A stretch of DNA of 64,000 nucleotides from an uncultured virus (IMG/VR IMGVR_UViG_3300047320_000346). Lineage: Duplodnaviria > Heunggongvirae > Uroviricota > Caudoviricetes. Positions 28,045-38,220 of the stretch are shown here, in pieces. The notes below the pieces were generated by a model. The model ran no database searches and was not told where the DNA came from. It saw nothing but the letters and a program-made list of their open reading frames with translations. A program made the position numbers and the translations under genes. Location: the IMG/VR virus record IMGVR_UViG_3300047320_000346. The stretch is one strand, 5' to 3'. The stretch's first letter is position 1, and each line of letters opens with the position of its first letter.

Positions 28045-28190
28045 TGAAAACCTCTCGAATACTGTTTTCACAGTATATCAAACTTCGTCGTAATTTGCAA
28101 TTAACGACTCAAAAATGGAGGCGAATGCCGGAATCTTTTTGCAAAGAAAACCCCCGCTGGGCGGGGGCTTCCGTTGAGGCTTTTCGCCGG

Positions 28191-29912
28191 TCAGACTGCG
28201 AACTGGACGCTACCCGGTTCCGGGCAGACCCACGAGGACAGCAGGCGCGCGCGGATGACGGCCCACTTCTCATCGACGAGCAACTGGCTGTCGCGGAACA
28301 CCGGCACGAGTGCGCCCCGGTCGAAGTCTTCGCGCGTTTGCTGGTCGTAGAGCACGAAGTCGTTGCCCTCCTTCTCCACGCGCAGCAACCCCTTGGCCGA
28401 CTTCTTGGTGCCGTCGTCCGTTGCCGGGTCCTTGTAGATTTCAATGCTTTCGTCGCCGACTTCAGCGTATTGAGCCTTCATGGCCCACGCAAAGCAGTCT
28501 CGCGTGATGCATTGATACGTAAAGCTCCCGATGCCGAAGACTACGTTGCCCGAAGCGAAACCCTTTGCAGCCAGGCGCGACAGGATGGCGATGGCACGGT
28601 CGAGCGTAATCGAGTCGCCGTAGATGAGGCCGATGTGCGGGTCGAGCAGCTTGTGGCCTGTGCTCGTAATCGAACCGCCGAACGAATTCCACAGGCATTC
28701 CACCGAACCCTTGCGCTCTGCTTCCGTAAGGCGCGTACCGTCCAGCGCCGTGTATCGGCCGTCGCTGAACATCGGGTTGCCTGCCGCGTCGCAGACCAGT
28801 TCCTTGTCGAAGTAGCCCGTCAGAATCTTGATAGGGTCACCGCTGTCGGGCCGGGCGACGACCTTGGCGTTACCCAGCTCGTCCGGCCTGCGTGCCTTGA
28901 TAACGTCCTTCAGGCGCGGCAGGATGTCCGTGATGACGTTCCAATAGTCGAAGCTGTCCGCCACGATGCTGACGATGCCCGTGGGGACCAGGTCGGCGAT
29001 GAGTTCGCGGACGACCTCGAATTCGGCCATCTTGCGCAGGACCTTCTCATCCTTGCCCGCATTGGCCGGGTCGCGTTGCAGGCGTTGCGTGACAAGCAGG
29101 ATGCGCAGCGTCATGACGCTGTGCTCGGTCGCTGGCACCGAGCCGCCGATGAGTTCCTCGTCTGAGTTAGCGCCGTAGTAGTCCTCGATGTAGTCGATGG
29201 CCGGAATCGTATCCGTGCCGTAGAACGAGAGCAGGTGGCCGCTGCCGCTGCGTGCAGCGTCGTGCACGCCGCTCATGCCGCGCATCGAGAAGTCGTGGCC
29301 CTGCCAGTCGACGAATTCAAGGGGCGAGCCCGTCAGCTTTGCGAAGTACGTGAGAATCTTGCGGAATTCGAACGCGATGGTCGCCACCGTCGAAGGCTTC
29401 CACATTTCGGTGCTAAAGAGCGTCTCGAAGTAGGTCGAAACCCATGCGAACGCGTCGTGGGTGTTGATGAAGACAACCGGCGGAACCTTGATGTTCACGC
29501 GGGAGCCTTCCGGCACCGAGCGGATTTCCAGCGGCAGGTAGCCCAGGTCGTGCAGCTTTTCGATTTGGGTCATGGCGACCTTGCCTGCGCCCAGTGACGA
29601 GTCCACGCGACGCTTGAACTTACGCACTGCCTGCTCCTTCGACATCGCGAAGAAATCGGCGTTGAACTTGTCGATGAGGAATTCCTTGATGAAGCCCTTC
29701 AGCCCGTGCCACACCACCTTTTTGTCGTAGAACGGCGAGTTGCGCACCGGCGCGTACTTGTCGCCACGCGGCGTGAAGGTCGCGACGAGCGTCTTCGTTT
29801 CCGTCGGATACATGCCAGGGTGGCCCGTCTTGTAGAAGTCAGCCAGATTCATCGGAATCGTGCCGTTCTTGAGGACGGCAGGAATAGCGGCGGATGCGTA
29901 CGGTGCGTTCAT
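28191..29912 (-). CDS. nicotinamide phosphoribosyltransferase family (Nampt/NadV or Namat-like)
   Basis: DFYKTGH, HDFSMRG, GTDT, ATEHS, RPDSGDP, IYGDSIT, KKSAKG. Confidence 0.93.
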   Translation of the reverse strand: MNAPYASAAIPAVLKNGTIPMNLADFYKTGHPGMYPTETKTLVATFTPRGDKYAPVRNSPFYDKKVVWHGLKGFIKEFLIDKFNADFFAMSKEQAVRKFKRRVDSSLGAGKVAMTQIEKLHDLGYLPLEIRSVPEGSRVNIKVPPVVFINTHDAFAWVSTYFETLFSTEMWKPSTVATIAFEFRKILTYFAKLTGSPLEFVDWQGHDFSMRGMSGVHDAARSGSGHLLSFYGTDTIPAIDYIEDYYGANSDEELIGGSVPATEHSVMTLRILLVTQRLQRDPANAGKDEKVLRKMAEFEVVRELIADLVPTGIVSIVADSFDYWNVITDILPRLKDVIKARRPDELGNAKVVARPDSGDPIKILTGYFDKELVCDAAGNPMFSDGRYTALDGTRLTEAERKGSVECLWNSFGGSITSTGHKLLDPHIGLIYGDSITLDRAIAILSRLAAKGFASGNVVFGIGSFTYQCITRDCFAWAMKAQYAEVGDESIEIYKDPATDDGTKKSAKGLLRVEKEGNDFVLYDQQTREDFDRGALVPVFRDSQLLVDEKWAVIRARLLSSWVCPEPGSVQFAV

Positions 29913-30031
29913 GGTTCTAATCCTTCAGGTGTAGTTGCTTGCGCTGTTTTGCGTTATTCGCGATTTATGTCTAAGTATAACATAAAACGAGCAGATGTCC
30001 AAACGTTTTGTTCAACATCGGCTCCAGGGAC

Positions 30032-30901
30032 TTACGCTGTTGCGGTTTCTTTCTCGAAAATGCCGAGCTGGCTTGCGATTTCTGCGTCGCGGCAGTTTGC
30101 CGAGAACACGCCGGCGTAGCCTGCCTTGAGCACGTCCAGGCCCTTCGTGAACAGGCCATGCGTGACGTACAGGTACAACGGCTGGTCCGTCTTTTCGCGC
30201 AGCACGCGAGCAAGGTCGACGAAAGTGCCACCGCCGTCGCAAATGTCATCGACCACGAGCAGCGGCCGGGCCGGGAGGTCGCCCTGAACCTGTGCACCGG
30301 AGAGCTTGCCCGACACAGGGTCGCGCTTCTTGTCGGCAAAGACTACGTCCGTGTTGAACATCTTGGCGAGCGTCGAGACGCGCTTGCGCGCGCCAGCGTC
30401 GGGCGCCACGAATGCGCATTCGCTCAACAGGCGGCTGCCGCCCTTCATGCCGAACGAGGCAAACATCAGGTCGCGCGTCGGCCGGATGCGCACGTTTTTG
30501 ATGAGCGCCGGCGTCACGTCGCTGTGCGGGTCCCAGATTTCTACCCGGTCGAACTCCAGCGCGTTGATGAGGTTGCAGAACACGGCAATCGAGAGCGGCT
30601 CCCCGTCCACTGCCACCCGGTCCTGGCGGGCATACGGCACGTACGGCATCACGAGTTTCAGAATGCTGCCCGCGGGAATCACGCGCCGCAGCGCATCCGT
30701 CACCAGCATCAGGTCCAGGATGTCGGCCGGCGTGTAGACGCGGGCTTCGATGCTCCAAAAGGCCATCGGGTCTGCGAGCAGGATGTCGTCGACCGGCAGA
30801 CGGGCGTGGCGCTCGCCACCCGGAAAGGACATGAATTTGATGTCGGGGTAGCGGGTCATATCCCCCGCTGCGGTAAAGGAGCTCAGTGCGATGTGGTTCA
30901 T
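30032..30901 (-). CDS. ribose-phosphate pyrophosphokinase family (Prs/Adps-like)
   Basis: PYVPYARQDR, DPHS, APDAGA, VDDICDGGGTF, VTHGLF. Confidence 0.92.
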   Translation of the reverse strand: MNHIALSSFTAAGDMTRYPDIKFMSFPGGERHARLPVDDILLADPMAFWSIEARVYTPADILDLMLVTDALRRVIPAGSILKLVMPYVPYARQDRVAVDGEPLSIAVFCNLINALEFDRVEIWDPHSDVTPALIKNVRIRPTRDLMFASFGMKGGSRLLSECAFVAPDAGARKRVSTLAKMFNTDVVFADKKRDPVSGKLSGAQVQGDLPARPLLVVDDICDGGGTFVDLARVLREKTDQPLYLYVTHGLFTKGLDVLKAGYAGVFSANCRDAEIASQLGIFEKETATA

Positions 30902-30932
30902 GGTTGGTCCGGTGTTTGTTGTGTGTTAGTTG

Positions 30933-30953
30933 TTAATCACATTTTATGATTAA
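30933..30953. promoter_or_regulatory. 21-bp palindrome, candidate operator overlapping the -10 of the prs-like gene
   Basis: TTAATCA-N7-TGATTAA; a minus-strand TTGACA lies just upstream. Confidence 0.5.
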
Positions 30954-31079
30954 GTATAGGAGCGTGTCAAGTGGATATTGCTCTCGGCCTCTCCCTGGCC
31001 TGCCACGGCACCAGTAGGGCGCGGGCGTCGATACTTTTTGTGTAGCTTATAATTTGTGGACAAACTGGAGAATACTGCA

Positions 31080-31376
31080 ATGGCTGTTGTCATATATAGC
31101 AAAGAATGCGGCGTGTTTCTGGGCGAGTGCCTCGGCCTGGGCTTCTGGTCGAATCTCGAAACAGCTGGTCAGCCCTCCGCGGTGACCTTCCCTTCCGAGG
31201 ATGCCGCCCGCGAGTACATGGCAAGCTGGTCGAGTCCTGCGCCCGCAGACGCTGAGCTGGTCGAAGTGGTGGCCGACGATGGCCCCGACGCGATTTCGGC
31301 CGCTGGCTGCATGCGCGCTGGTCTACCTGGCTGGCTCGTTGAGGATTCGCCGGTCGAGAACGTCTTGCCGGTCTAA
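31080..31376 (+). CDS. hypothetical protein
   Basis: GGAG RBS; followed by a terminator hairpin. Confidence 0.65.
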   Translation: MAVVIYSKECGVFLGECLGLGFWSNLETAGQPSAVTFPSEDAAREYMASWSSPAPADAELVEVVADDGPDAISAAGCMRAGLPGWLVEDSPVENVLPV

Positions 31377-31516
31377 ACCATATTGCACCACAACTCACAA
31401 GCCGCAGGTTTCTGCGGCTTTTTTTCATCCGCGCAAAAAAAGCCCGGCACGCGGCCGGGCTGAAAATGTCAGAGGGGACACTCTGACTGCCGATAGAAAG
31501 GGGTTGTGGGCTGGGC

Positions 31517-32815
31517 TTAGCGCCAGACGTGCAGGTGCGCCGGTGCTTCGTCAGCGTTGAGCTGCGCCTTGAAGTCCATCACGAGCGCCATTTCCGGCTT
31601 TGCAAGGCTCTCCATGAGCGACCAGCCCCCGTCCACGACGAACTCATCGTGCGCCACGGCGAGAATCACAGCGTCGGCCGGGTTCGCTTGCGCGGCTTCC
31701 AGCGAAACCATCGTGAGACCCAGCTCGTGCTCGACTTCAGCGTGGTTTGCCAGCGGGTCGACGACTTGGACCTTCACACCGTACTTGCCGAGCTCTTCGC
31801 AGATGTCCGCGACCTTCGAGTTGCGCACGTCCGGCACGTTTTCCTTGAACGTCGCGCCGAGCACGGTCACAACCGTGTCACGGTTCAGGCCAACCGTCTT
31901 GACCATCTTCTTGACCAGCTGGTCGACGAGGAAGGCGGGCATTGCGTCGTTCGTGGCACGCGAAGCCATGATGAGCTTGGCCTGGAACCCTTCGGTTGCT
32001 GCCTTGTGGCTCAGGTAGTGCGGGTCCACCGAAATGCAGTGACCACCGACCAGTCCCGGCTGGAACTTCAGGAAGTTCCATTTCGTGCCTGCCGCTTCGA
32101 GCACATCATGGGTGTCCACGCCGCAGTGCGTGAAAATCTGGTACGCCTCGTTCATCAGCGCGATATTGACGTCACGCTGCACGTTTTCGAGCACCTTCGC
32201 GCTTTCCGCAACCTTGATGGCCGGGGCGCGGTGCACAGTCGTAATCGAGCCGTACAGGGCAGCCAGGATTTCGAGCACTTCCGGCCGGTCGCCGGAGACA
32301 ATCTTGGTCGTGTTCGTCAGGCGGTGCACCTGGTCGCCCGGATTGATACGTTCCGGCGAGTAGCCGATGGCGAATTCTTGCGGGTATTCGTAGCCCGAGA
32401 CCTTCTTCAGGACCGGCAGGCATTCTTCTTCGGTCGCGCCGGGGTACACCGTGCTTTCGTAGACGACGATGGCGCCCTTCTTCATCACCTGGCCGACCGT
32501 GCGTGTCGCTGCAAGCACGCAGCCCATGTCGGGCACGTTCGCCTCGCTCACCGGCGTCGGGACGGTCACGATGAAAATGTCAGCTTCGCGCAGGTTTTCG
32601 ACGTCCGCTGTCAGCATCAGGCGCTTGTCCGCAAGCAGGCCAGTGAGCTCGCCGCTCGCCATCTCGCGAGTACGGTCGTGCCCTTGGCTCAGTTCGGTGA
32701 CACGCTCGACATTGATGTCGAAACCGATAACGTTGTTGTGCTTGGCCAGCTCGAGCGCGAGCGGTGCGCCGACGTAACCGAGGCCGATGATTGCAATTTG
32801 CGAAGTCTTGTTCAT
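31517..32815 (-). CDS. UDP-N-acetylhexosamine 6-dehydrogenase (TviB/WbpO-like)
   Basis: GLGYVG, TVPTP, YESTVYPGATEE, YSPERINPGD, GGHCI, FKENVPDVRNSK. Confidence 0.93.
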   Translation of the reverse strand: MNKTSQIAIIGLGYVGAPLALELAKHNNVIGFDINVERVTELSQGHDRTREMASGELTGLLADKRLMLTADVENLREADIFIVTVPTPVSEANVPDMGCVLAATRTVGQVMKKGAIVVYESTVYPGATEEECLPVLKKVSGYEYPQEFAIGYSPERINPGDQVHRLTNTTKIVSGDRPEVLEILAALYGSITTVHRAPAIKVAESAKVLENVQRDVNIALMNEAYQIFTHCGVDTHDVLEAAGTKWNFLKFQPGLVGGHCISVDPHYLSHKAATEGFQAKLIMASRATNDAMPAFLVDQLVKKMVKTVGLNRDTVVTVLGATFKENVPDVRNSKVADICEELGKYGVKVQVVDPLANHAEVEHELGLTMVSLEAAQANPADAVILAVAHDEFVVDGGWSLMESLAKPEMALVMDFKAQLNADEAPAHLHVWR

Positions 32816-33034
32816 TTTTCAAACGTCCCGTAAATGATTTGACCAGCCGCGCTGGCCTGAATGTGATTTTTTTAACAGCACTGCTACCGGCAAGTAGAAC
32901 TAATCAGTGCATGGTTCCCGTTATATCACAAAAAGCGATTAACTGGAGCAAAATCGACTTGTAATTACATGGTATATCGTTAAATGCGTTTTATGTCAGA
33001 TTGCCCTGGCTACGCGCTTTGCCGCTGCGATGGC

Positions 33035-34102
33035 TTAGCTGTGGGAGTCGGTATTGCGAGCCAGCCAGCCACGCAGATAGTCCAGTCGCGCTTCGGAACC
33101 GGCGATTTGAGCCTGAACGCCCAGCTGTTCAAGGTTCGCCTGACGAAGTGCGCGCTGCGCATCATCGGTCTGGATACCCGTCAGGCGGTCGACCGTGGTG
33201 TCAGCCAGCGTCTTGCGCTCAAACAGACCCTGCAGGACGCCCTCTTCCGCCGCAATCAGCCCGTGCGCCGTTTCCTTGGCCCGGATGTACTGCTGCATCG
33301 GTCCATCGCGTTGTTCGCTCTCGTACTTTTCCGACAACCCGGCCACGGTGTTCGCCGCGCGGTTGGCCGCGCCTGCGCCGAAGCTGTAGGTGACCGTCAG
33401 GCCGAGGAACGGCTTGGTCGTCCCGCCATTTCGCGGGTCCGTCTGTGCGCCGGCCGCGATGGAGACATCCCAAGCCGACTGTGCGGCCAGATGCGCCGTT
33501 TCGCTCGCCACGGCAGAATGCGCCGTGATGGCGTCATGCACCAGGCCGCCGAGCGGTACTTCGGCTTCGGGCAGCTGGTTCGCAATGCGGCTGCGGGCTT
33601 GCTGGAGCGCAGTCAGGAGGCCGCGCACCACGTCGCGGGCATCGTAGCCCGCTTTAACGTCGGTGAGCGTTGCGGTATGGGCGCGCAGCTTGGCTTCTTC
33701 CGTCGCCACGTTTGCGCTTGCCATGTCGAGCGCCTGACGCAACAGGGGTTCCATTGCCTCGAAGGCATGAAGGTTGCCGCGCTGCTCGACGTTTTGCGCC
33801 TGCTCGGCGAGTTTGCGGTCCGCGCGATACGAGTCGCAGGTTGCATCGGCCAGTTCGCCCGTCGTCTTCGCTTGCAACTGCTTCGACAGCGACTTGCTGA
33901 AACCCACCGTGACCGTGCTGCTGTTGCCCGTTGCGGGGTTGCCCGTCGTGGCAAACATCTGAGCCGAGCCCAGCAATTGCTTCTGCACTTCCGCCTGAGC
34001 CTGCGTCAAATTGCAGAAAGCGTCGGATTCGTCAGCAAAGCTGGGCATCGAAATGGCGGCGAGAGCCACGGAAAGGGCGAGCGTCTTGAACTTGGGATGC
34101 AT
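33035..34102 (-). CDS. secreted coiled-coil protein (possibly TolC-like)
   Basis: Signal peptide; long helices plus a short amphipathic beta pair; operon context. Confidence 0.55.
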   Translation of the reverse strand: MHPKFKTLALSVALAAISMPSFADESDAFCNLTQAQAEVQKQLLGSAQMFATTGNPATGNSSTVTVGFSKSLSKQLQAKTTGELADATCDSYRADRKLAEQAQNVEQRGNLHAFEAMEPLLRQALDMASANVATEEAKLRAHTATLTDVKAGYDARDVVRGLLTALQQARSRIANQLPEAEVPLGGLVHDAITAHSAVASETAHLAAQSAWDVSIAAGAQTDPRNGGTTKPFLGLTVTYSFGAGAANRAANTVAGLSEKYESEQRDGPMQQYIRAKETAHGLIAAEEGVLQGLFERKTLADTTVDRLTGIQTDDAQRALRQANLEQLGVQAQIAGSEARLDYLRGWLARNTDSHS

Positions 34103-34294
34103 GGTGCTACCTCGTATCGGCGTTTAATGTTTTTTAGGAATAACGACTAATGAAATCATTATACCATAAAACATGCTCAACAGCGGCGAGTTTATCGGCT
34201 CGCTTATTAATTTATGTTATACGTTTTTTGATTCGACTGCTTGAAGAAAACGATAAACCGGCCAGAGCTTGACGCCCTGGCCGGCCTTGGGGAA

Positions 34295-35404
34295 TCAGAG
34301 GATATAGAAGGGGCTGTGACCGACGAACAGAACCTGGTCCTTGGCTGCCTTGGCATCGTCGAGGTCCAGCTCGACAAGCACGCCGCGCAATTGCGTGCTG
34401 AAGAGCGGGTGCTGAGCGTGTTCTTCGTCCTTCGTAATCGCCTTCACACGGCCCACCTTGGAGCACAGCACGATTTCCGCCTTGCACGAGTAGACCGGAG
34501 CACCGATATGCGCCGCGTCCTCATTGTCGTACGGCACGAATGCGAAGCGGCGGACGTCCTTGTCGCCGTAGGCTGCCATGTAGTACGGGCTTGTCTTCAG
34601 GCCGTTGAGCATCGACAGCAGTTCAGTCGCCTCTTTGCCCTTGACCTTCACATCAGCATTCAGTTGCACGAGCTTCAGGTTCGTTTCGTTCAGCTCCTGC
34701 TTGAGGATGCTGACCTGGGCGAGGCTTTGCATGGCTTCCGGCGAGCTATTGCCGCCACCGAGGGACTGCACGCCCCGCGTCAGCTGCGAAATCTGGTTGT
34801 CAATCGTCGCCACCGCCACCTTGCTATCCGCCAATGCCTGCTCGGCTGATACGAGCCCAGCCCGAGCCTGCGTTGCCGTCACCGCCGTCACCAGACCGGC
34901 CTTGAGCGACTGGTCGATGCCGTCCGACACCTGACGGTTCGCCGCCACCAGTTGCGCCGAGCGAGCATTGATTGCCTTGCGCTCAGCGACCAGCGTTTGC
35001 AGCTGTCCGTTGAACTGCGCATTGGCGTTCTTTTCGTCGCCCAGCGAGTGCTCGTAGCGGGCGATGATGCCCGTGAGCCAGTCTTTCTGGGTTTGCAGCA
35101 GGTTGTGCGCCTGCTCCGCGCTATCCAGTTCGCCCTTCATCTGGTCGTAGTTCTGCTTGGCCTGGAACACCTGGGCCGCGAGCTGCGCAACGTGAGGGTC
35201 GGACTTGCTCAGAATGACCGGCGCGACCCAGCTCGAGTTGACCACGAACGTGAGCATCGAGATACCGTAGCCCGCCGCACACACGAGAATGGTGGTCAGG
35301 ATGATGACGGCGAACCAGCGATAGCTTTTCAGCAGACCGCTCTGATAGTTCGACATCTGAAAACGGGCAAAGAAGCCACCAGCAGAAGCGACACGGGTAT
35401 TCAT
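34295..35404 (-). CDS. membrane-anchored coiled-coil protein (HlyD/MFP-like)
   Basis: N-terminal TM helix, long coiled coil, beta-rich C-terminus. Confidence 0.6.
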   Translation of the reverse strand: MNTRVASAGGFFARFQMSNYQSGLLKSYRWFAVIILTTILVCAAGYGISMLTFVVNSSWVAPVILSKSDPHVAQLAAQVFQAKQNYDQMKGELDSAEQAHNLLQTQKDWLTGIIARYEHSLGDEKNANAQFNGQLQTLVAERKAINARSAQLVAANRQVSDGIDQSLKAGLVTAVTATQARAGLVSAEQALADSKVAVATIDNQISQLTRGVQSLGGGNSSPEAMQSLAQVSILKQELNETNLKLVQLNADVKVKGKEATELLSMLNGLKTSPYYMAAYGDKDVRRFAFVPYDNEDAAHIGAPVYSCKAEIVLCSKVGRVKAITKDEEHAQHPLFSTQLRGVLVELDLDDAKAAKDQVLFVGHSPFYIL

Positions 35405-35517
35405 GTTTATCTCGGCAAATAGTGTTATGGAAACGGTTGAACCTTAACTGTTGAGTAACATTATACCACAGAATAGTTCGTTTATCGCAAATAACGTGTA
35501 AGTAAACAATCCGTTTT

Positions 35518-36774
35518 TCAGTTGGCCGGAGTCGCGCCTTCCTGCTCGGGTGCCGTTACCTTCTCCCGCGTGCCCCATGCGTCCTGGTCGAACGAAAACA
35601 GCGCCATGAAGTGCAGCATCAGAGAAATCAGGCCCCAGGCCTGGAACAGACCCACCGCCAGTACGGTACTGATTTTCTTCGAGCCCGGCATCAGGCGCGG
35701 CGCATAGTAGTTGTATGCCATCGCGGACACGATGGAAGTCACAGCACCGTAAATCAGGCCGAAGCAGGCGCCCTTCCAGAACACGCCGGGGCCGTAGACC
35801 TTTACGCAGCTCAGTGCGAAGAACGTCACGAGAATCGCCAGCACATAAGGCATGAGCCACGTCAGGGTTCGGTTGACACCAACGACTTCAAAGTTCTTGC
35901 GCAGCGTCACCAGCGTCCACATTGCGTCACGCAGCGCCGAGCGCGACCAGCGAAGTTGCTGCTTGAACAGCACGTCAAACTTGTTGGGCACCGACGTCCA
36001 GCAGATAGCGTTCGGGTTAATCAGGGTACGCCAGCCGCGCAGCATGATGATGTGCGTCATGTAACGGTCCTCTCCAGCGCGGACCTTGACGCCCAGGAAG
36101 TTCAGATTCTTGATGTCGTCCTCGATGTCTCGATAGACGGAGGCGCGCACCGAGAACAGGCAACCGCTGATGCAGCTGACGCCACCCTGCAGAATCTGCG
36201 TGAGCTTGCCCAGCTGGAAGCTGCGGAAGTAGGTCACAGCCTGCGCCATCGTGTAGATGTTGTCGTTCACATTCGTGATGCCCACCGCGCCGCCGACCGC
36301 GCCGACACGTTCATCGCCAAAGCACGCTACGAGTTCCTTGATAACGTCTTTGTGGAAGATGCAGTCGCTGTCGATGACGATGAAAATCTCGCCCGTAGCG
36401 TGCTTTGAAGCGTTTAGCACGGTCAGGTGCTTGCCCGAGTTCACCGGGTTGCGGCCGACCCGAACCAGGCCCGGATGCGCGTCTGCAATCTGCTGCACGT
36501 ACATCATCGACTCGTCCTTGCTGAAGTCGTCATACGCGATGATTTCGAGCTTGTCGCGCGGCCAGTCGGCGTCGATGATGCTATTGAGCGTGTTGAGGAT
36601 GTTTTCGCCCTCGTTGTAGACCGGCACGAGCACGCTGACCTTGGGCTGGTAGCCGTAGTCCCGCATGGGCTGCGCCGCCTTCGTGAGCAGGCGCAGCAGA
36701 AAATTGACCGCCGTGCAGATGATGAGCAGCACCGGCAGCAGTTCGAAGATTTCCAGCATGATGTGGAAGAACAT
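35518..36774 (-). CDS. processive GT2 glycosyltransferase (hyaluronan synthase/NodC-like)
   Basis: VPVYNE, DDFS, IDSD, GEDR, QQLRW; flanking TM helices. Confidence 0.9.
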   Translation of the reverse strand: MFFHIMLEIFELLPVLLIICTAVNFLLRLLTKAAQPMRDYGYQPKVSVLVPVYNEGENILNTLNSIIDADWPRDKLEIIAYDDFSKDESMMYVQQIADAHPGLVRVGRNPVNSGKHLTVLNASKHATGEIFIVIDSDCIFHKDVIKELVACFGDERVGAVGGAVGITNVNDNIYTMAQAVTYFRSFQLGKLTQILQGGVSCISGCLFSVRASVYRDIEDDIKNLNFLGVKVRAGEDRYMTHIIMLRGWRTLINPNAICWTSVPNKFDVLFKQQLRWSRSALRDAMWTLVTLRKNFEVVGVNRTLTWLMPYVLAILVTFFALSCVKVYGPGVFWKGACFGLIYGAVTSIVSAMAYNYYAPRLMPGSKKISTVLAVGLFQAWGLISLMLHFMALFSFDQDAWGTREKVTAPEQEGATPAN

Positions 36775-37068
36775 GGGCGTTTCCCTCGGGAGGCAGAGTT
36801 TGAATAACTAACTGCCATTATACCACATTATGCGTATTTTACAACAAACGACTAAGGGTCGTTAACTGCGTGCCCCCGGCTTTTGCTGGGCGATATTGAA
36901 TGAGGACGGAAGGCGTGGCCGCAAAATTCCTTCCCTGGATGCCAGACTTTAATGGTTAAAAACTCGGCAAAGCGCGTTTAAATGATATAATTAATGGTCT
37001 CGACGGCCTAAAATTACGGCTCCCTGAACTTCTCGCGTCGCGACCGCACGCTCAACCTGTCAAACACG

Positions 37069-37314
37069 ATGAAAAACAAGTCTGCTCACAAGTTCAATGA
37101 CCTCACGAGCGAAGAGTTTCGCGAGTACACGTTTCCTGTTTCGGCCAAAGGCGGCGTGGTGAAGGTACGCATCGACGCTCCGACGCATCTGGCGGTGAGC
37201 GAGAGTGGCGGCCACCGGATTCTTGATGCAGCAGGCATGAGCCACTATGTGCCGGCGGGCTGGGTCCATCTGGCGTGGAAGGCGAAGCCGGGTAAGCCGA
37301 ACTTCGATTTCTGA
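37069..37314 (+). CDS. hypothetical protein (phage-like)
   Basis: 81 aa; SEEFREYTF..GGHRILD..WVHLAW. Confidence 0.7.
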   Translation: MKNKSAHKFNDLTSEEFREYTFPVSAKGGVVKVRIDAPTHLAVSESGGHRILDAAGMSHYVPAGWVHLAWKAKPGKPNFDF

Positions 37315-37561
37315 ATGCAGAAGGCGAAAAAAGGCCACGGAGCGTATCCGTGGCTGAGAAGTGTGCGACTTTCCTGGAACGTTCAGGGACCGAGCAGGCG
37401 TTCGGCGTCGAGCGCAAAGTCGCCCGACCGCTAACTGGTCCTTTCCTCAGCTTGAGTTTCCACTATCCTATAAATGAAATTTTCCCACCTTTGTATAGCA
37501 GTAAAAAGAAAAACGCCATGCACGAAGCATGGCGTTGAGTGTGTCGGCGAATGAGCCTGAA

Positions 37562-37801
37562 TTAAAACTCCAGGACCCCTTCCTTGACGAGCAGCTGGTG
37601 CAGTGCCTTGAATACGGCCTGGCCTTGAGCGTCTTTCGTATGACCGGTCGAAGCAGCAGCCTCAACTGTGGTCAGGTCCAGTTCGTTGAACAGTTCAGCG
37701 GCCATCGTTGCGAACGATTTGCCCTGCGTGTCGGCGACGCGCAGTGAATACTGGCTCAGAACGTTCTCGATGTCTTCTGCGGTGACCACGTACGTTTTCA
37801 T
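37562..37801 (-). CDS. hypothetical protein
   Basis: AAGGAGG RBS. Confidence 0.7.
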   Translation of the reverse strand: MKTYVVTAEDIENVLSQYSLRVADTQGKSFATMAAELFNELDLTTVEAAASTGHTKDAQGQAVFKALHQLLVKEGVLEF

Positions 37802-37826
37802 GGTGAAGCCTCCTTTGTGTTAAGAA

Positions 37827-38108
37827 TCAGTGCAGCGGACAGGCCGCCAGCCAGTCGCCGCAGGCCACCGACTGCTTGCCGCGCATCATGGGAAGCTTGG
37901 CATACATCGCCGGGAGCCGCGCATCGTCACGGTGCGCATACAGCTCGGAGAGACGGTTGTTCTCCTCGCAATAAGCGAATGCAACGGCATACTCGGCGCC
38001 TACCGTTGCGTCGAACTGCATCTCGACATCGGTTATAGCGTGAAATACCTTGACCGGCTTTGCGGAAACAGCGAGGGACGACAGGCTTTGACTCGCGGGA
38101 CGCGACAT
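37827..38108 (-). CDS. hypothetical protein
   Basis: GAGG RBS before ATG 38108. Confidence 0.6.
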   Translation of the reverse strand: MSRPASQSLSSLAVSAKPVKVFHAITDVEMQFDATVGAEYAVAFAYCEENNRLSELYAHRDDARLPAMYAKLPMMRGKQSVACGDWLAACPLH

Positions 38109-38220
38109 ATTGACCTCAAGGTTAAGTTGACCATACTCTCCCGTATAGGCGACCGGGAGGCCTGCGAAACTTCGGGCTGAGCATGAAAAAACGCCACGGA
38201 AGCTTCCCGTGGCGTGGAGT

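Noticed and set aside
36990..37050. Riboswitch in the leader of 37069
   Set aside because: Only one imperfect stem (GGTCTCGACG/CGTCGCGACC) and no recognisable aptamer motif
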